Assembly (NCBI GenBank): GCA_038253185.1
Contig: JBBSHK010000001.1
Location: forward strand, 1-26,558
Length of the DNA stretch: 26,558 nt
From: Anaerolineae bacterium
GTDB lineage: Bacteria; Chloroflexota; Anaerolineae; UBA4142; SHND01
Reading direction: 5' to 3'
In this document: positions 24,570 to 26,558 of the stretch, one piece after another
Layout: every line of letters starts with the position of its first letter
How positions within the stretch are numbered: position 1 is the stretch's first letter
The notes under the pieces: model-generated
What the model was told of the DNA's origin: nothing
Database searches by the model: none
The model's input: only the letters and a program-made list of their open reading frames with translations
Made by a program: the position numbers and the translations under genes

Positions 24570-25700
24570 TTATCTTCCGATGTGCATCGGCATTATGACG
24601 TGAGTGAAATCGTCGCGCCCGACCGGTTTGAGTACGCCCGGACTCGCCGAAGAAGTTGTTTCGAGCGCGACCTGCGGCGCGTGCAGCACGTTCAGCACAT
24701 CGCCCAAAAAGCGCGCGTTGAACGCAATCTCGATCGGATCCCCCGCGACCTGCGCGTCGATTTCGCCGACATTGTCGCCGGTCTCCGCGCTCGTCGCCGC
24801 AACCACCACTTTGCCCGCGCCGTCTTCATTCGGCGAGATATTCAGCCGCACGATATTCGAGGCATCGCGCGCAAAGACCGACGCCGCGCGCACCGCGCTC
24901 TGTAATTCACCGGTATTCATAATCGTGCGCGTGGAATATGTTTTCGGCAGGATCTGATTGTAATCGGGAAAGTTGCCGTCGATCAATTGCGACACCACGT
25001 CGGTGCTGGCGAGATGAAACAGAATCTGCGAGCGATTGTCGGTGATCGCGATCCCGACCGGCTCTTCTTGATCGCCGGTGATACGACTGGCTTCGGTAAG
25101 CACACGCGCGGGGATGATAACGCTGACCGGCGTGTCCAGCGTCGAGCTCAAGACCGCATTGCGCACCGAGAGACGAAAGCCATCCGCCGCCGCAAACGTG
25201 ACCGCATCTTTATCGAACTTGGCAAAGACGCCGGTCAACACGGGACGAGAGTCGTCGCTCGCTGCGGCGAAAGTTGCCTGCTCGATCATTTCGCGCAGCG
25301 CGTCCGGCTCGATCGTAATCTTTTTCTCTTCGCCGATCGTGGGAATGATGGGGAACTCGCTCGCGTCCACGCCTTTGATATTCGCGTCGTAGCGGGCGCA
25401 TTTCAGGTGCAGCGTTTGCGTCCGCACATTCAATTCCATATCGATACGGTCGGGCGGCAGCGAATTGACATAGTCGGTGAGCTGGCGCGCGGGGACTGTG
25501 ATCGCGCCTTCGGTTTCAACTTTCGCGCCGATCCAATGCGTGATGCCGATTTCTAAATTCGTCGCGGCGAGTTTCAATTGTCCGCCATCGGTGGCGATGA
25601 GAATATTGCCGAGCACGGGCAAGGTCGAGCGCGCGGCGACGGCGCGTCCGACGATGGACAGACCTTTGGCGAGATTTTCTTGCAAGCAGCTGGCTTTCAT
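24570..25700 (-). CDS. dnaN: DNA polymerase III subunit beta (sliding clamp)
   Basis: TLPVLGNILI, LAATNLEI, RPVLTG, AADGFRL, LIDGNFPDY, IAFNARFL, HVIMPM. Confidence 0.97.
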   Translation of the reverse strand: MKASCLQENLAKGLSIVGRAVAARSTLPVLGNILIATDGGQLKLAATNLEIGITHWIGAKVETEGAITVPARQLTDYVNSLPPDRIDMELNVRTQTLHLKCARYDANIKGVDASEFPIIPTIGEEKKITIEPDALREMIEQATFAAASDDSRPVLTGVFAKFDKDAVTFAAADGFRLSVRNAVLSSTLDTPVSVIIPARVLTEASRITGDQEEPVGIAITDNRSQILFHLASTDVVSQLIDGNFPDYNQILPKTYSTRTIMNTGELQSAVRAASVFARDASNIVRLNISPNEDGAGKVVVAATSAETGDNVGEIDAQVAGDPIEIAFNARFLGDVLNVLHAPQVALETTSSASPGVLKPVGRDDFTHVIMPMHIGR

Positions 25701-25725
25701 AGGAACCCCTTGGGAAAATTTCGGA

Positions 25726-25772
25726 TTGCGGATTGCGAATTTGAGATGGATGATTTTCAGATTGTGGATGGC
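25726..25772. repeat. GATTGCG heptamer tract in the dnaN leader
   Basis: GATTGCG GATTGCG AATTTGA GATGGAT GATTTTC; same family as 19679-19754. Confidence 0.6.
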
Positions 25773-25806
25773 AAAATATTTTGCTCATCGCTCACTTGCG
25801 CGCGGT

Positions 25807-25834
25807 ATTTTACTACAGCAAGTGCGAAAGTCAA
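25807..25834 (-). promoter_or_regulatory. dnaN promoter
   Basis: Minus strand TTGACT (25834-25829) - 16 nt - TAAAAT (25812-25807). Confidence 0.65.
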
Positions 25835-25842
25835 CAGCGTGA

Positions 25843-25871
25843 TTGACGCTGCTCAGCCCGAATGTTACAAT
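25843..25871 (+). promoter_or_regulatory. Divergent promoter for the DUF6398-like gene
   Basis: TTGACG (25843-25848) - 17 nt - TACAAT (25866-25871) with extended TG. Confidence 0.65.
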
Positions 25872-26404
25872 GCAGGAACGCCTTTGCAGGTCAGCTCAGA
25901 CATAAAAGTGGTAAAGAGCATTTGGAACGCGAGAGGCGCGAAGAGCGTTCGAACGCGAATCAATACAAACAATTGTCAGAGAAACTCGGTCGCAAAATGG
26001 CGCGCAAGCGCGAAGTACCGTTCGTGCGCGGCAAATTGGAGATATGGGCGGCGGCAGTAATTTATGCCATCGGGCAAATCAATTTTCTCTTTGACAAAAG
26101 TTTCCAGCCCTATGCTTCGACCGACGACCTCGCGAAATATTTCGGCGTCTCGAAAAGCACCGTCGGACAGAAAGCGCAAAAAATTCGCGAGCTGTTCAAG
26201 CTGGAATATTTCGATGAAGAGTTTTCGACGCGGAAAATGCGCGACAGCAATCCCTTTGCGAATCTGGTGATGGTCAACGGCATTCCTATGGATAAGAGCA
26301 TGTTGCCGCCAGAGATTCAGGAGGCACTGCGTGCCCCGCGCGTCAAGCGGCTCGAATTTGTCGAGCGGGTCGAAGAGGAAGCCTACGACGAAAGCGCAGA
26401 CTGA
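25862..26404 (+). CDS. DUF6398-like protein; 5' end uncertain, possibly truncated
   Basis: KMARKR..PFVRGKLEIWAAAVIYAIGQINFLFDKSF.PY...DDLAKYFGVSKST...KA..IR recalls DUF6398; ATG 25862 lies inside the predicted promoter. Confidence 0.6.
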   Translation: MLQCRNAFAGQLRHKSGKEHLERERREERSNANQYKQLSEKLGRKMARKREVPFVRGKLEIWAAAVIYAIGQINFLFDKSFQPYASTDDLAKYFGVSKSTVGQKAQKIRELFKLEYFDEEFSTRKMRDSNPFANLVMVNGIPMDKSMLPPEIQEALRAPRVKRLEFVERVEEEAYDESAD

Positions 26405-26486
26405 ATCACAACCCGCGCTCATTCTCGTTCAGCTTTGCAAGCAGCTATGACTCTACCGGTGCTCGGACAATATTCTTTTGACGAGT

Positions 26487-26558
26487 TGTCATTTCGACGA
26501 GCACCGCGTGCGAGGAGAAATCTCAATCCACGCGGGACGAGATTTCTCGCTCCGCTCG
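26487..26558. repeat. TGTCATT-type REP-like palindrome, cut off by the window end
   Basis: TGTCATTTCGA...GAGGAGAAATCTC ... GAGATTTCTCGCTCCGCTCG; same architecture as 8190-8310. Confidence 0.75.

Noticed and set aside
26448-26558. Start of a new CDS at the window end
   Set aside because: The frame runs straight into the REP-like palindrome and is too short to support.

Overview
A 26.6 kb, GC-rich bacterial chromosomal segment whose gene set and protein style resemble Chloroflexota/Anaerolineae (inference). Housekeeping and envelope genes: tpiA 3' end, M50-like protease, WecA/TagO-like transferase, a DUF5107 lipoprotein-TPR-NfeD operon, a DksA/TraR protein, metG, an rmlD-GT2-GT2 block, a PQQ-type sugar dehydrogenase, an NTP-transferase/PMM fusion, an Lgt-like protein, RNase D, dnaN and a DUF6398-like gene. 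No rRNA, tRNA, CRISPR array or transposase was seen. Most notable: (1) an effector-less STAND/NLR-like TPR protein shares an 18-aa motif (9/18 identical, ungapped) with a small upstream membrane protein that carries it twice, recalling HET-S/NWD2 amyloid signalling; (2) a Met-codon leader peptide with mutually exclusive antiterminator/terminator upstream of metG; (3) two MITEs, one forming a hybrid promoter and one replacing a protein C-terminus; (4) about a dozen 7-9-nt periodic elements at gene junctions, some recruited into coding sequence; (5) five enzyme homologues with broken catalytic motifs. All assignments come from reading the sequence; no searches or folding were run.
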